A stretch of DNA of 64,000 nt, taken from the NCBI GenBank assembly GCA_002269645.1, contig NIVC01000659.1, forward strand, positions 1-64,000, in the 5' to 3' direction. The first letter of the stretch is position 1, and each line of letters begins with the position of its first letter. Under the pieces are notes generated by a model. The model saw only the letters and a program-made list of their open reading frames with translations, did no database searches and was not told the DNA's origin. This document shows, piece by piece, positions 24,630 to 37,400 of the stretch. This stretch comes from Macrostomum lignano (lineage: Eukaryota). The translations under genes were made by a program, and so were the position numbers.

Positions 24630-27600
24630 CGAGGCCAACTCCTCCTCTGGAGGAGAAAGGGGAAGAATTCCCATCACCGGAACTCCATTCCCTGAAATGC
24701 CATTCCATGAAACCCATCATCCAACTCCTCTCCGCGAAACTGAACATCATCGAAATCCTCTCCGTAAAAGAGAACTCCATCAAACACCTCTCCGTGAAAC
24801 TGACATTCATCAAAATCCCCTCCGAGAAATAGAAATCCTCTCCGTGAAACTGGACTCCATGGAAATCCTCTCCGTGAAACTGACATCCATCAAAATCGTC
24901 TCCGCGAAACAGAAATTCTCTCCATTAAACTGGACTGAATCGAAATTTTCTCCGTAAAAAAGAATCAACTCTCAGGATTTAGTGGTTAGGGTTAGGGTTA
25001 GGGTTAGGGTTAGAGCTACAACGCAGCAGCGTGTTGAACCAATTGAATTAATTGAATGCGCAACCGATTTCACAGTCAGTCAGTATCAGTCTCGGTAAAA
25101 GTTAACAAAAAGATTGCGCAAACTAAATCAACCCTCCAATACACAGCGACTGACCCCCTTCCAATACGCAGTGGCAATTAAAAGTTGAACCCCCCCTCCC
25201 ACCAACTGTTGGGGGGTTGGTCGAACCCCCATTGAACTCCAAAATGAGTACACTGCCGAAAGTTAAAAGTATGGAAATCGTTTTTTAAATGCTGTGCTTT
25301 TTGTTTTCACATTTAAAGCAAACAACTTATATCCCCGAACTCAGTATTGCAAGATCTTTCCAGTAATATAAGTCTCTCCTCTGAAAGTTTAAAACTCGAG
25401 GAACAGTTAGCGCTTGAAATTTCCTGATTTAAAGCATTAAAGTATCGAGTGTACGTTCACAGCCTGCTAAAGAGGCTCGCAAGTTTATTCATTAAATTTT
25501 ACTGCCCAGCAAATACACATGGCTGCCTATTGAATGCCGCCGATAATAAAACCAATTAAATCTCGACACAGTCCTAGCTATCTCCTTACACTGTACAACT
25601 GCTATGTACACTCAGCCCAAGCCCAACCCCCCATTCCGGGGGAATCGTTAAATTTAATTGAACCCCCCAACACGCGGGGGTTTTGCATTTAACGCAGAAC
25701 ACGCGCACCCACCCCCCAAAACACAGCGACCCGCGGGCGGAGGTTGGGGTGGCTATTTTTACAAACAGACTGCAACCCCTCCACTGGAGAGGCAGAGTGG
25801 CCACAGAAGGGCCAAAGAAGGTTAGGAAATCAGTTTTCTGCTTTTTTAGGGATCTTAAAATGTAAAAATGAAAGATTAAAATTGCTATAAACCCAGTCCG
25901 GAAAATTTGCAGTTTACCCATATAAGTTTCAACGCTGACTTTCCAGTAGTTTAGGAGAAAAGTTGCAACATACGGACAAACAAACAAACATCGCACCAGT
26001 TTTAGTATTAACGAGGCCAACTCCTCCTTCGGAGAAGAAAGGGGAAGAACTCCAATCAGCGGAATTCCATTCCCTGAACTCCATCAGCGGAATCCCATTT
26101 TCCAACACCTCTCCGCGCAACAGAAATCGTCTCCGTGAAACTGAACACTATCGAAATCCTCTCCGTGAAACTGAACACCATCGAAATATTCTCCGCGAAA
26201 TAGAAATCCTCTCCGTGAAACTGGACTAAATCGAAATTTCTACGTCAAACAGCCCAGCTCTCAGAATTCATTGGTTAAGGTTAGGGTTAGGGTTAGAGCT
26301 ACACACAGCTGCGTGTTGAAAGACGCCGTAAAAACATTGAACCAATTAAATTGCGCAACTTATTTCTCAGGCAGTCAGTATCAGCCTCAGTTAAAGTTAA
26401 CAAAAAGATTGCGCAATCTAAATCAACCCTCAAATACACAGCAACCGACCCCCCTTCCAATACGCAGTGCAGCTAGAAATTGAACCCCCCCTCACCAACT
26501 ATTGGGGGGTCGGTCGAACCCCCATTGAACTCCAAAATGAGCAAAATCTTTGCAGAAAGCTAAAAGTATGAAAATCTTTTCTTGAATGCTGTGAATTTAA
26601 TTTTCATATTTAAAGCAAAAAACTTATATCCCCGAACTCATCGCAGCAAGATCTTTCCAGCAATATAAGTCTCTCCTCTCTAAGTTCAAAACTCGAGCAA
26701 CAGTTAGTGTTTGAAACTTTCTGATTTTAAGCATTGAAATATCGAGTGTACGTTCACTGCCTGCTAAAGATGCTCGCAAGTTTATGCATTAAAATGCACT
26801 GAATTTCACTGTGCAAAAAATACACAGGGCTTCCTGTTAAAAAACAGAACACAAATAGTTGCGCAATTGTCTATAAAGTCAGCCAGTGAGCCAGGGTCCA
26901 ATTGTACACACGCCGCCAATGAGAACGCGCCCATTCCCCCACAGGAGAGAAAATGCACTGGCGACATAGGAAAAAGTTGTGGCGTAATCACTCAAAATTT
27001 ATGCCAATTTTCAGCTCCGAGCAGAAAGAGGGGACAATTAAGATTATCAAAGGTCAAGACCGCCGTTTTCTGCTTTTTTAGGGATCTTAAAAATTGAAAA
27101 TGAAAGATTAAAATAGCCTAAAGCCATCCTCGGAAAATTTGCAGTTTTCCCATATAAGTTTCAACGCTGAGTTGCAAGTATTCTGGGAGGAGTTATGCAA
27201 CAAACGGACAAACAGACAAACAGACAAACATCGCACCACTTTTAGTATTAACGAGGCCAACTCCTCCTTCGGAGAAGAAAGGGGAAGAACTCCAATCAGC
27301 GGAATTCCATTCCCTGAACTCCATCAGCGGAATCCCATTTTCCAACACCTCTCCGCGCAACAGAAATCGTCTCCGTGAAACTGAACACTATCGAAATCCT
27401 CTCCGTGAAACTGAACACCATCGAAATATTCTCCGCGAAATAGAAATCCTCTCCGTGAAACTGGACTAAATCGAAATTTCTCCGTCAAACAGCCCAGCTC
27501 TCAGAATTCATTGGTTAGGGTTAGGGTTAGGGTTAGAGCTACACACAGCTGCGTGTTGAAAGGCGCCGTAAAAACATTGAACCAATTAAATTGCGCAACT

Positions 27601-30600
27601 TATTTCTCAGGCAGTCAGTATCAGCGTCGGTTAAAGTTAACAAAAAGATTGCGCAATCTAAATCAGCCCTCCAATACACAGCAACCGACCCCCTTCCAAT
27701 ACGCAGTGCAGCTAGAAATTGAACCCCCCCTACTAACTATTGGGGGGGGGGTCGGTCGAACCCCCATTGAACTCCAAAATGAGCACAATCTTTGCAGAAA
27801 GCTAAAAGTATGAAAATCTTTTCTTGAATGCTGTGAATTTAATTTTCATATTTAAAGCAAAAAACTTATATCCCCGAACTCATCGCAGCAAGATCTTTCC
27901 AGCAATATAAGTCTCTCCTCTCTAAGTTCAAAACTCGAGCAACAGTTAGTGTTTGAAACTTTCTGATTTTAAGCATTGAAATATCGAGTGTACGTTCACT
28001 GCCTGCTAAAGATGCTCGCAAGTTTATGCGTAAAAATGCACTGAATTTCACTGTGCAAAAAATACACAGGGCTGCCTGTTAAAAAACAGAACACAAATAG
28101 TTGCGCAATTGTCTATAAAGTCAGCCAGTGAGCCAGGGTCCGATTGTACACACGCCGCCAATGAGAACGCGCCCATTCCCCCACAGGAGAGAAAATGCAC
28201 TGGCGACATAGGAAAAAGTTGTGGCGTAATCACTCAAAATTTATGCCAATTTTCAGCTCCGAGCAGAAAAAGTGTCCAGAGAAGGTTAGGAAATCAGATT
28301 TCTGCTTTTTTAGGGATCTTAAAATTAAAAAATGAAAGATTAAAACAGCCTAAAGCCGATTCCGGAAAATTTGCAGTATTCCCATATAAGTTTCAACGCT
28401 GAGTTGCACGTAGTCTAGGAGGAGATATCCTACAAACAAACAGACAAACAAACAAACAAACAACGCACCAACTTTAGTATTAAGACGAGTGGAACTCCTC
28501 CTTCGGAGGAGAAAGGGGAAAAACTCCCATCACTGGAATTCTATTCCCTGAAATATCCATCAACTGAAATTCCATGTCTTTAACCCTATCTTTCAAATCG
28601 TCTCCAAATTCTTTACAAAATCTTTCAAAGACCATAGCTCAAAGACTCTCAAGTCTCTCATATCTCCTCTCTCCTCTCTCTCATCTCATCTCTACCCCTG
28701 CTCCCTTATTTATCTCTTCTCCCTCGTCTTTCGTCTGTACCTTCTCCTGTCTTCTGTCTCCTCTCTTCACTCTTATCTCTCCCTCTTCTCTCCTCTCTCA
28801 TATGTCATCTCTCCTTACTTATCTATCGTCTCTCTTAACCCTCTCTCTCTTCTCTTTTCTCTCCTATCTGCTTCTCATTTCTCATATCTCATATACGCTC
28901 TCACACTCTACTTTCTTGTCTCCCATCTTTCTTTCCTCCTTACCACTATCCCCTGTCTCTTCTCTTCTCTCTTTTCTATCCTCTCCATTCTCTTATCTCT
29001 CCTCTCCTCACTACTTTCCTTCTCTTAACTCTCTTATCTCTGATCTTTCATCTCTTTCCTCTCTCCTCTCTCTCTCTCTTCTCCTCTCGCTTCTCTCTCT
29101 TCTCTCTCGCCTCTCATCTATACTACCTTATTTATATTTTCTCCCTGGTCTTTCGTCTCTACTCTCTCCTGTCTCATTTCTCCCCTCTTTCTCCTCTCTT
29201 CTCTCTCCCCTCCTCTCTCATCTCTCATCCCTTATCTCACTCCTTCTTTCTCCTCTACTCTCCCCTCTTTTCTATTACCTCTGTACGCTCTTATCCCTCA
29301 TCTCTATTCTCTCTCCTATCATCTCTCTTGTCTCCCTCTGCTATCTCATATCTCTCCTCTCGTCTCCTCTCTTCTCTTCTCTTCTCTCTCCTTCGTTCCC
29401 GCCTTACTCACCTCTTCTCTCCCATCTGTCATGTCTAATCTCTCGTCTCATTTCTACTCTGTTTTCTACCATCTCATCTCATCTCTCTTCTCTTTTCATT
29501 CTTCTCTTTACTCTCTTCTCTGACTGATTGAAGATGCCAAATCTATCAAGATCTTCTCCGCGAAGCAGAAATCCTGTCCGTGCAACTGAAAACCATCGAA
29601 ATCCTCTCCGTGAAACTGGACTCCTTCGAAATCCTCTCCGTGAAACTGGACTCCTTCGAAATCCTCTCCGTGAAACTGGACTCCTTCGAAATCCTCTCCG
29701 TGAAACTGGACTCCTTCGAAATCCTCTCCGTGAAACTGGACTCCTTCGAAATCCTCTCCTTGAAACTTAAATCCATCAAAATCGTCTCCATAAAGCAGAA
29801 ATCAATCATTAATTATCTCCGCGAAACAGAAATCCTCTCCGTGAGGCTGAACATCATCAAAATCCTCTCCGTGAAACTGAACACCATCGAAATCCTCTCC
29901 ACGAAACAGAAATCCTCTCCGTCAAAATTAAAACATTGAAATCGTCTCCGCTAAACTGTACTCAATCGAATTTTTTCCGTCAAACAACTCAACTCTCCGG
30001 ATTCATTGGTTAGGGTTAGGGTTAGGGTTAGAACTACGCACAGCTTCGTGTTAAAAGGCACAGATAAAAATATTGAACTAATTGAATCAATTCATTGCGC
30101 AACCGATTTCACAGTCAGTCAGTATCAGCCTCAGGTAAAGTTAACAAAAACATTGCGCAATCTAAATCAACCCTCCAATACACAGCAGCAGTGAGAAGTT
30201 GAACCCTCCCCCCAACAATCTTTGCAGATTAAAGTACAATCTTTGCAGAAAGTTAAAAGTATGGAAATAGTTTTTCAAATGCTGTGCTTTTTCTTTTCAT
30301 ATTTAAAGCAAACAACTTATATCCCCGAACTCAGCGTTGCAAGATCTTGCCAGCAATATAAGTTTCTCCTCTCAAAGTTTAAAACTCGAGGAACAGTTAG
30401 CGTTTGAAACTGTCTGATTTATAGCATTGAAGTATCGAGTGTACGTTCACTGCCTGCTTGCAAGTTGATGCATTGAATTTCAATGTCCAACAAATACACA
30501 GGACTGCCCATTGAAAGGCAGGAAAACTTATCAGTAGCCATATCATTGCGCAATTATCTATAAAGTCAGCCAGTGAGCCAGGGTCCAAGTGTACACACGC

Positions 30601-30940
30601 AGCCACTGAGAACGCTCCCACCCCCCACTGGAAAGAAAATACACTACAGAGATAGGGAAAAGTTGTGGCGCAATCACTAAAAATTCATGCATTTTTCAGC
30701 TCCAAGCAGAAAGAGGGGACAATTAAGATTATCAAAGGTCAAGATTCAAGTTTTCTGCTTTTTTGAGGATCTTAGAAATTAAAATTTCAGAATTAAAATA
30801 GCCTATAGCCGACCTCGGATAATTTCCAATCTTCCCATATAAGTTTCAACGCTGAGTTGCCACTATTCAAGGAGGAGTTGTCGAAATGACAGACAGACAC
30901 ACAGACAGACAGACAAACAACACGTCAACTTTAGTATATA
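24630..30940 (-). mobile_element. Tandem non-autonomous Helitron units (1.2-1.4 kb, plus one 2.46-kb unit with a CT-rich block)
   Basis: Hairpin-CTCG|T junctions at 24630, 26012, 27252, 28486 and 30941, giving spacings of 1382, 1240, 1234 and 2455 bp. Each unit has an (ACAA/ACAG)n run near its 5' end and a (GGTTAG)n run. Confidence 0.85.
28570..29520. repeat. CT-rich low-complexity block (diverged paralog at 43190-44250)
   Basis: Directly visible; the two blocks share flanks and internal motifs. Confidence 0.9.
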
Positions 30941-31575
30941 CGAGGCCAACTCCTCCTTCGGAGGAGAAAGGGGAAGAACTCCCATCACCGGAATTCAAAT
31001 CCCTGAACTCCATCAGCTGAATCCCATGACCCAACTCAGTTTCAGTAAAAGTCTCACGAAGCGGTTGACATAATCAATTTCTTAGGCAGTCGGCATCAGT
31101 TTCAATTATGTGAACAAATGATTACTCAATCTAAATTAACCCTCCAATGCACACTCCCCGCCGATACTCAGCCTTCCCCCGGTTAATACACAGGGCTGCC
31201 TTTTGAAAGGCAACGATGATAAAACAAATTGAACAATAGATGGCGCAATCGTTATATCAGTCAGTCAGTATCAGTCTCACTTAACTTTAATATAAAGTTA
31301 CGCAATGTAAATCAACCCTCCAATGCACATTGGCAGTTAGAAATTGAACACCTTAACTTTATATTTGACCTATCCCAAAAATGAGTACAATCTGTGCTCT
31401 GATTAGAACTCCAACCCCTATAGAATCCTAGGTTTGAAGCTTAAGTTTGGCACATGTAGTAACTTAATGTTTTTTTAATTGCATGAAAAAACTGCACTTT
31501 CATAAGCGAGGCAAATATTGCAATGAAATTAAAGGCATAAAAATAAGCAAAGACATATTTACAGTATATTTTATT

Positions 31576-31986
31576 AGTCAACACAGTCCGAAAACAACTT
31601 GAAGAAATCGAAAAGCTGCAGAAAGCCACAGAGGGCACTTACAGTTTGAGCGCAATAATAACATCTGAATGATCAGGAGAAGCAATTATACCCAACAACA
31701 GTCAAAAGATCCACCCGCCAAGCAAAGATATTTGTATTCAAATTTTACTGTGCATTTTAAATGAGAAGTTGTCTAACTACACCGGATTTGTACTTGTGGA
31801 ACTTTTGACTGTTGCCGAGTGTAAAAGGGCACAACAGGAAGCAAAGATCAAGTCCATCTCGAAAGAAATTGTAACAGAGCAAAAAAGCAGCTGAAAGTAC
31901 TTGAAGCTACTGGCAAACACGAATACGAACTGGGAGTGCAAGGAGAAGGAATGCGACTGCTTGGTTACCCGAGTGCAAGAGAAGAC
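31576..31986 (+). pseudogene. Inverted, decayed paralog of the 147-aa coiled-coil ORF
   Basis: AGTCAACACAGTCCGAAAACAACTTGAAGAAATCGAAAAGCTGCAGAAAGCC (31576 onward) and GCACAACAGGAAGCAAAGATCAAGTCC...GCAAGAGAAGAC (31829-31986) align to the minus-strand ORF 32164-32607. The copy has frameshifts, a stop, no start codon and a ~180-bp insertion. Confidence 0.8.
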
Positions 31987-32163
31987 ATTTTTATTTTTAA
32001 TTTGTTAAATTATATTTTGCAAGTTTTAAAATTTTAAGTGTCCAAGATGTAGATTATTACTTGTTTTTTCTAGCTGATGGGTATCTATAAGCAGTCAGAA
32101 TTCCAGCAGAAAATATAAGTTAATTACAGATATTTAGTAAATAGAATACTTAGTCTGTTAAAC

Positions 32164-32607
32164 TTAGTCTGTTTCGCTCGCCTTCGCCGAGTCCGCTCCG
32201 GGCTGCGGCTCCACAGCCGGTCCGTCCGGGTGCTGAGCAGAGCCGTCGTCCCGACTGCAGAGTCGCTTCGCAGGTGGCTGGCCCGAAGCGGTGTCTTCGA
32301 CGCAGGCGAGCAAAGCAGCGTCCTCGTCTTGCAGGAAGGCAGCCAAGCGGTCGCACTCCTTCTTCTTGCTCTCCAGTTCGGCTTCGGTGTCTGCCAGTCG
32401 CTTCTTGTAGTGCTCCAGCTGCTGTCGTTGCTCCATTACAACTTCTTCGAGGGAGGACTTGAGCTTTGCTTCATGTTGTGCTGATTTGTGCTCCTCCTGA
32501 AGCATTTCAGATGTTTTTCTCACGAACAAACTGAAGTGCTGCTCCATGGCTTTCTGCAGCCTTTCGAATTTCTCCAGGTTGTTGTCGGACTGTGTTGACT
32601 TGGACAT
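32164..32607 (-). CDS. 147-aa intronless coiled-coil protein with a PPAKR NLS-like motif (Helitron cargo)
   Basis: Non-repetitive GC-rich ORF with a heptad-like E/K/Q/L composition; TATAAATA at 32685-32678, about 70 bp upstream of the ATG. Confidence 0.7.
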   Translation of the reverse strand: MSKSTQSDNNLEKFERLQKAMEQHFSLFVRKTSEMLQEEHKSAQHEAKLKSSLEEVVMEQRQQLEHYKKRLADTEAELESKKKECDRLAAFLQDEDAALLACVEDTASGQPPAKRLCSRDDGSAQHPDGPAVEPQPGADSAKASETD

Positions 32608-34029
32608 TTTTGACTTATATGCAATACAGTAGACTGTCGATTGATAACTGATAATTGGGGCTGAGTTTGCGATCTTGTATTTATAGGCGCGGTTTGGGGT
32701 GAGAACTGGTGTTTTTTGGTTTGGTGAGGTGTCTGCCAGATGGATTTATTCCAGTTCTCAAAAGACTTAGCACCTGCATTGGTGAGTGAATAAATTGTAT
32801 ATAAGCTGGTGTAGAGAGTCTCACAATTTAATTAGATTCATATGAACTGAAACCTTTCAATTTGACTTTAAATGTTGCGCAACACAGTTGATTTTGATCG
32901 CTCTAAAGTTACAGATTTCACATTAATGGTAAGCTTACTGAAAATGTTTTTGATTGGCTAAACTTTTAAGCGAGCTTTAAGTCTAGAGTACAATGTCTGG
33001 GGTTGACGGTTCTGGGTTTGGCAGTCTCAATAGTGTTAAATTCAAGTGCTCACTGCCAACTCAAGGAATATGATTCAGCGTTAGGGTGCGATTGCAGCTT
33101 AAAATGATCTGCTATGGCATTCTCTGTTTAGAGCTTAGAGTTCGTCGTCAGTCTAAAGTTGTGATAATCTAAAGTCTGTGATAGATGGTGCGCAAATCAT
33201 TAATTAAATGAATTCATTCTATAACAGCTGGTTGGCTACTCATTCTCTGCCGCTGCACTATAAGGCAGTTTAAATGTGCAAAACTGATTGGCTGCCCGTC
33301 AGCTATAGCAGTCACGCAGGCACTGTACATCTTAGTGAAAATGGTGGAAGAAGTACCAAAACTACTTTGTATAGCTGCACTGAGTTATAACTTCTTGACT
33401 TCTTCAAGTACTGATGTTGCTGCGTTCCTTTCACAGCTAGCTGAATACTCGTACTCGAATTCCTTCGCCTCTGTTGAATATAAAAAACTAATTCAAAGAC
33501 ATCATTGGGGGGTACGCAGGAAACGATCGAATAAATGGGATAGTCTCTTTGGCTAAGTACTTGTTAAGTTTAAATTTGTGAATTTTATGCCTTTCTATTA
33601 CTTATTGCTTGTTACTAATAGCCTATGATTGACAGCCTTGTTTGTATTCAGAATCCTGCGCACCCCGAGTACGGTATGGCATATATTTTTTAATAAGCAA
33701 ATGCATTTGTATTATAATAGGGGTGCAAGTAAAGGTGAAGAGAAAGTGGAAAGCAGTGGAAGAAACCGGATAACTGAACTGACAATATTAAATAAATAAA
33801 TAAATATTAACAAATGTAACAAAATATAGAGCTTAACATAAATAATTACGAACGGCAACTTTGTACATTAAAAAGATTCAGAAAAAATAAGTATGGCAAT
33901 TGAATCTAAATTGATAGGAGCCTGAGCATTCTTAAAAGCTCCCCCCCGTGTATGAAATTCATTTAGCAACTCTGTCAAGAAACAATTTTGCCACCACCTA
34001 ATCGTTTTTGTTAAAAATTTATCACTTAT

Positions 34030-34420
34030 AATTTGCGACACTCTCAATTTGGCACTCTCATAATTTATGACTCATATTTTATCCGACTCATAATTCGTCA
34101 CACTCAATTTGACAGCCTGAATTTGCACCCTCTTAAGTATTATCGCACTGAAATTTGTCACTCATAATTTTTCACTCCCACTCATGATTAATGACTCCTT
34201 CGCATAATTTTTCACCAACTCGCTATCATAATTTGTCACTCTCTCTTAACATTTTTCATTCACTCACTCACTAATAATTTGTTACTCGGTCTCATAATTT
34301 GTCACTTACTCACTCTCAAAATTTGTCAATTCTCTCATAATTTGTCACTCACTCTCATAATTTGTCACTCACTCTCATAATTTGTCACTCACTCTTCTAA
34401 TATGTCACTCAAACCTATAA
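34030..34420. repeat. Degenerate ~22-bp minisatellite (CTCATAATTTGTCACTCACT) 3' of RepHel
   Basis: Visible tandem variants. Confidence 0.8.
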
Positions 34421-34463
34421 ATTCTTTCATCCTGCCTATGATTCAGTTCAGTTCAGATAATAG

Positions 34464-37400
34464 TTAGTTCTGCTTGCCGATAAGCTGACGCAACACGATG
34501 TTTCTCGTACGTCCGCCTGGAGCCCGAACTTTAACGCCATCGGCACTCCGCGCACGACTCAGAGCCACGTAGAGCTGGCCATGCTGAAAGCAAGCTGTCG
34601 TCAGGTCGACAGCGTAGGTGCCCAGCGACTGGCCCTGGCTCTTGTGGATGGTCATGGCGAAGCACGGCCGGATCGGGAACTGCAGACGGCGGAAAACGAA
34701 CGGAACCTCTGTCGGACTCGGCTCCTGCGGGATCCGCGGGATGAACACCTGCCGCGAACGGTAGACGCCAGTGGTTACCTCCGCTAGCAGGACGTTGTCA
34801 CGCAGTTCGCGCAACAGCAGCCGAGTCCCATTGCACAGCAGCGGTGGGTCCAGATTCCTCATCATGACGACCGGCATGCCGACCTTCAGCTCCAGTCGGT
34901 GATGCGACATACCGCTGGGGTCCAGCCGGTTCAGCAGCTCCGGTGGAAAATTGGTCGCTGCCGTGTCGTCATTCGGAATCGAGTCGACAGATAAGTAGAG
35001 TCGGCTCTCACCGGGGAAGAGCGCTAAGCAGGCGGCGTTGGCCTCGTCCACCGTCCTGTTGAGTGGCGCCAGGATGCTCCGCTCCGCGAACATCTGGTCA
35101 CGCTGCGCACTCGGCTCAAAAGACGGGTAAACATGCCGAATGAGCTGCTCAGTGGTTGTGTCCTCGGGCAGAAGGATCTCGCTAGGCAAGGAGACCATGC
35201 CCTCAACGTCCTCTGGCAGCTCCCCGTTGCCAACCTGACGGTGAAAAAGTCGAATGAAATTTTACAATTTTGTCCTTCAATTCGCATGCTTAATGAGAGC
35301 ATAGAAACTCCAGAGATTCTCACCTGCATAAGAAAATCCGCGTAGCTTTGGAGAGCCGAGCCGCCCTCCAGCCGCAGATTCCTTGTGAGCTGGTGCTGCC
35401 GGAAGTGCGGCCACAGCACCGACCGATTCAGGCAGGCTTCGATCGTGTTGGCCTGGGTCCCTCCGGGCACAACAGCAAGCAACTGGCGAAAGTCGCCAGC
35501 CAGCACCAGCAGCGCTCCCCCGAACGGCTGCCCACCGTGCAGCAAATCCCGCAGAGTACGCTCGACGATCTCGAGGTCTTTGCGGTGCGTCATCGGAGCC
35601 TCGTCCCACACGATGAGGCGGGCGTTCCGCAGAATCTCCGCCAATTTGCTCCGCCTGCCGATGGAGCAGAAGGCGCTGTCCTGCCGTACAGCGCAGACGG
35701 GGATCTTGAACCTGCAGGCAGGTAACGCGAGGATTGTCAATTGAGAGGATAAATTAGGCATGCTTTTCTGTGCTTAAAAAAATAACAGTTTATAAAATGA
35801 TTTATGCAGACACAAAACTCACATCGAGTGGGCGGTCCGACCTCCGGGTAGAATAGTCGCCGCGATGCCCGATGACGCGACGGCAACAGCAATTTGACGC
35901 CTTGCTCGAACCGACTTCAGCAGAAGCGTGAGCAGGAACGTCTTGCCTGTGCCTCCAGGAGCGTCAATGAAATGCAGCCCGCCGCCACCGGCCGTCAGAT
36001 TGGACTGCACGGCCTCGAAGACAGCTCGCTGCTCGTCAGTCAGGGTAGCGACCACCGCGTCCACTTCAGACTGCAGCTCAGCAGCTTCTTGCGGCGTCGG
36101 CAGGCAGTCAGAAAGAAGCCGAGTCTGGATATTTAAATAAAGCTGTATTCAGTAATATATTAAAAGTTAAAAATATCAACAGTCAGTGCATAGCAGTGAG
36201 TTCATTTACTTGATCCGCTTCTGCCGGTGGTTCAGGAAGGCCGTAGGCAGACAGCTCGGATCCGCCCATCCGCTCCAGCCGCTTCTGCAGCGACCGCAGC
36301 ACTTCGGCCCTTGCAGCCTCGGCGCTCAAGCCCTGATGCAGCAGGTCGCCAGCCATCTCGCGGGAAAAATCCTCCCAGAGCTTCGCGGGGTCGCTGGGAT
36401 CGCCGTGCGCCAAAATTGCGGCAAAAAGTCGGCGCAGAGCAGCAGGCATCCGCGTCTGGGCAGCTTCGGACAGGCACAGCTGCCAGTGCCTGTCGTCTTC
36501 CAGAAGTCCGCGAGCCTGGCAGGCGGCCTTGAAGGTCGGCAGCAGGACTCCGTCAACTGTGCGCAGAGCCTCGAACGAAGTCGGGCCGCGCACATTCACC
36601 AGCAGCAGGCGCAGGTAGAAACAGTCGCCCATCCGTGGACTGACTGTGTAGATGCGGCCGATGTTGCTGGTCGTCAGAACATCGGCTGGCTGATCAGCAG
36701 CGACTCGGCCGCGACCTGCGCGATGCCACTGGTGCGCCCTGGGGTCCCAGGTGAAGTGCCGGGGCACCTCCTGGTACAGCAGACCTCGGGCGATTTCGTC
36801 ATGGCGACAGAGCTGGGCGGGTAGGAACAGGAAACTGGGCGGGTAGAAACAGGAAGGAGGAATAAATTGAACAAATTGCACTTCGCCTGCAAAACTCACA
36901 TCGAAGAAGGCGGTCAAAGTCGTGGCCTTGGGCGTAGCAGCAACAGCCTGAGCCGTCTCGTCAGTGAAAAAGACCCGCTGCTCGTCCTTAAGATGAACCG
37001 CGAGCCTGATCACAGGGGGGTATCGGCTGTGCACCTCGAAGCCCAGGATCGTATTGACCGCCTCCATTGGACCGATAAACCTGCCCAGTAGGTATTCGTC
37101 GATCTCGTCGATCTTGCGTCGCTTTGCGGAAGTCGCAGCAGCAGCAGCAGCAGTCCCAGTCGACGTGGACGGACCGGCGATCGCCAGTGGTCCTTCAGTG
37201 GCCGAATCAGCGCTGGCATTCGCAGCAGCCGCCGACTCCTTGCGGATCTGGTATGCTGCCATGTCGCTACCCTTGGTGATGTACTTCACCACGTACTTGA
37301 TGGCCCGAACTGTCGCGCAGATCTCGACATTCAGGTGACAGCGAAACTCGCGCAGCAGCGCTGGGCAGTACGGCACCACCCAGCGGTTGTCAAAGGTGAA

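Noticed and set aside
24985-25012. TTAGGG runs as a true telomere or chromosome fusion site
   Set aside because: Only 3-4 copies, at a fixed position within a repeated unit.
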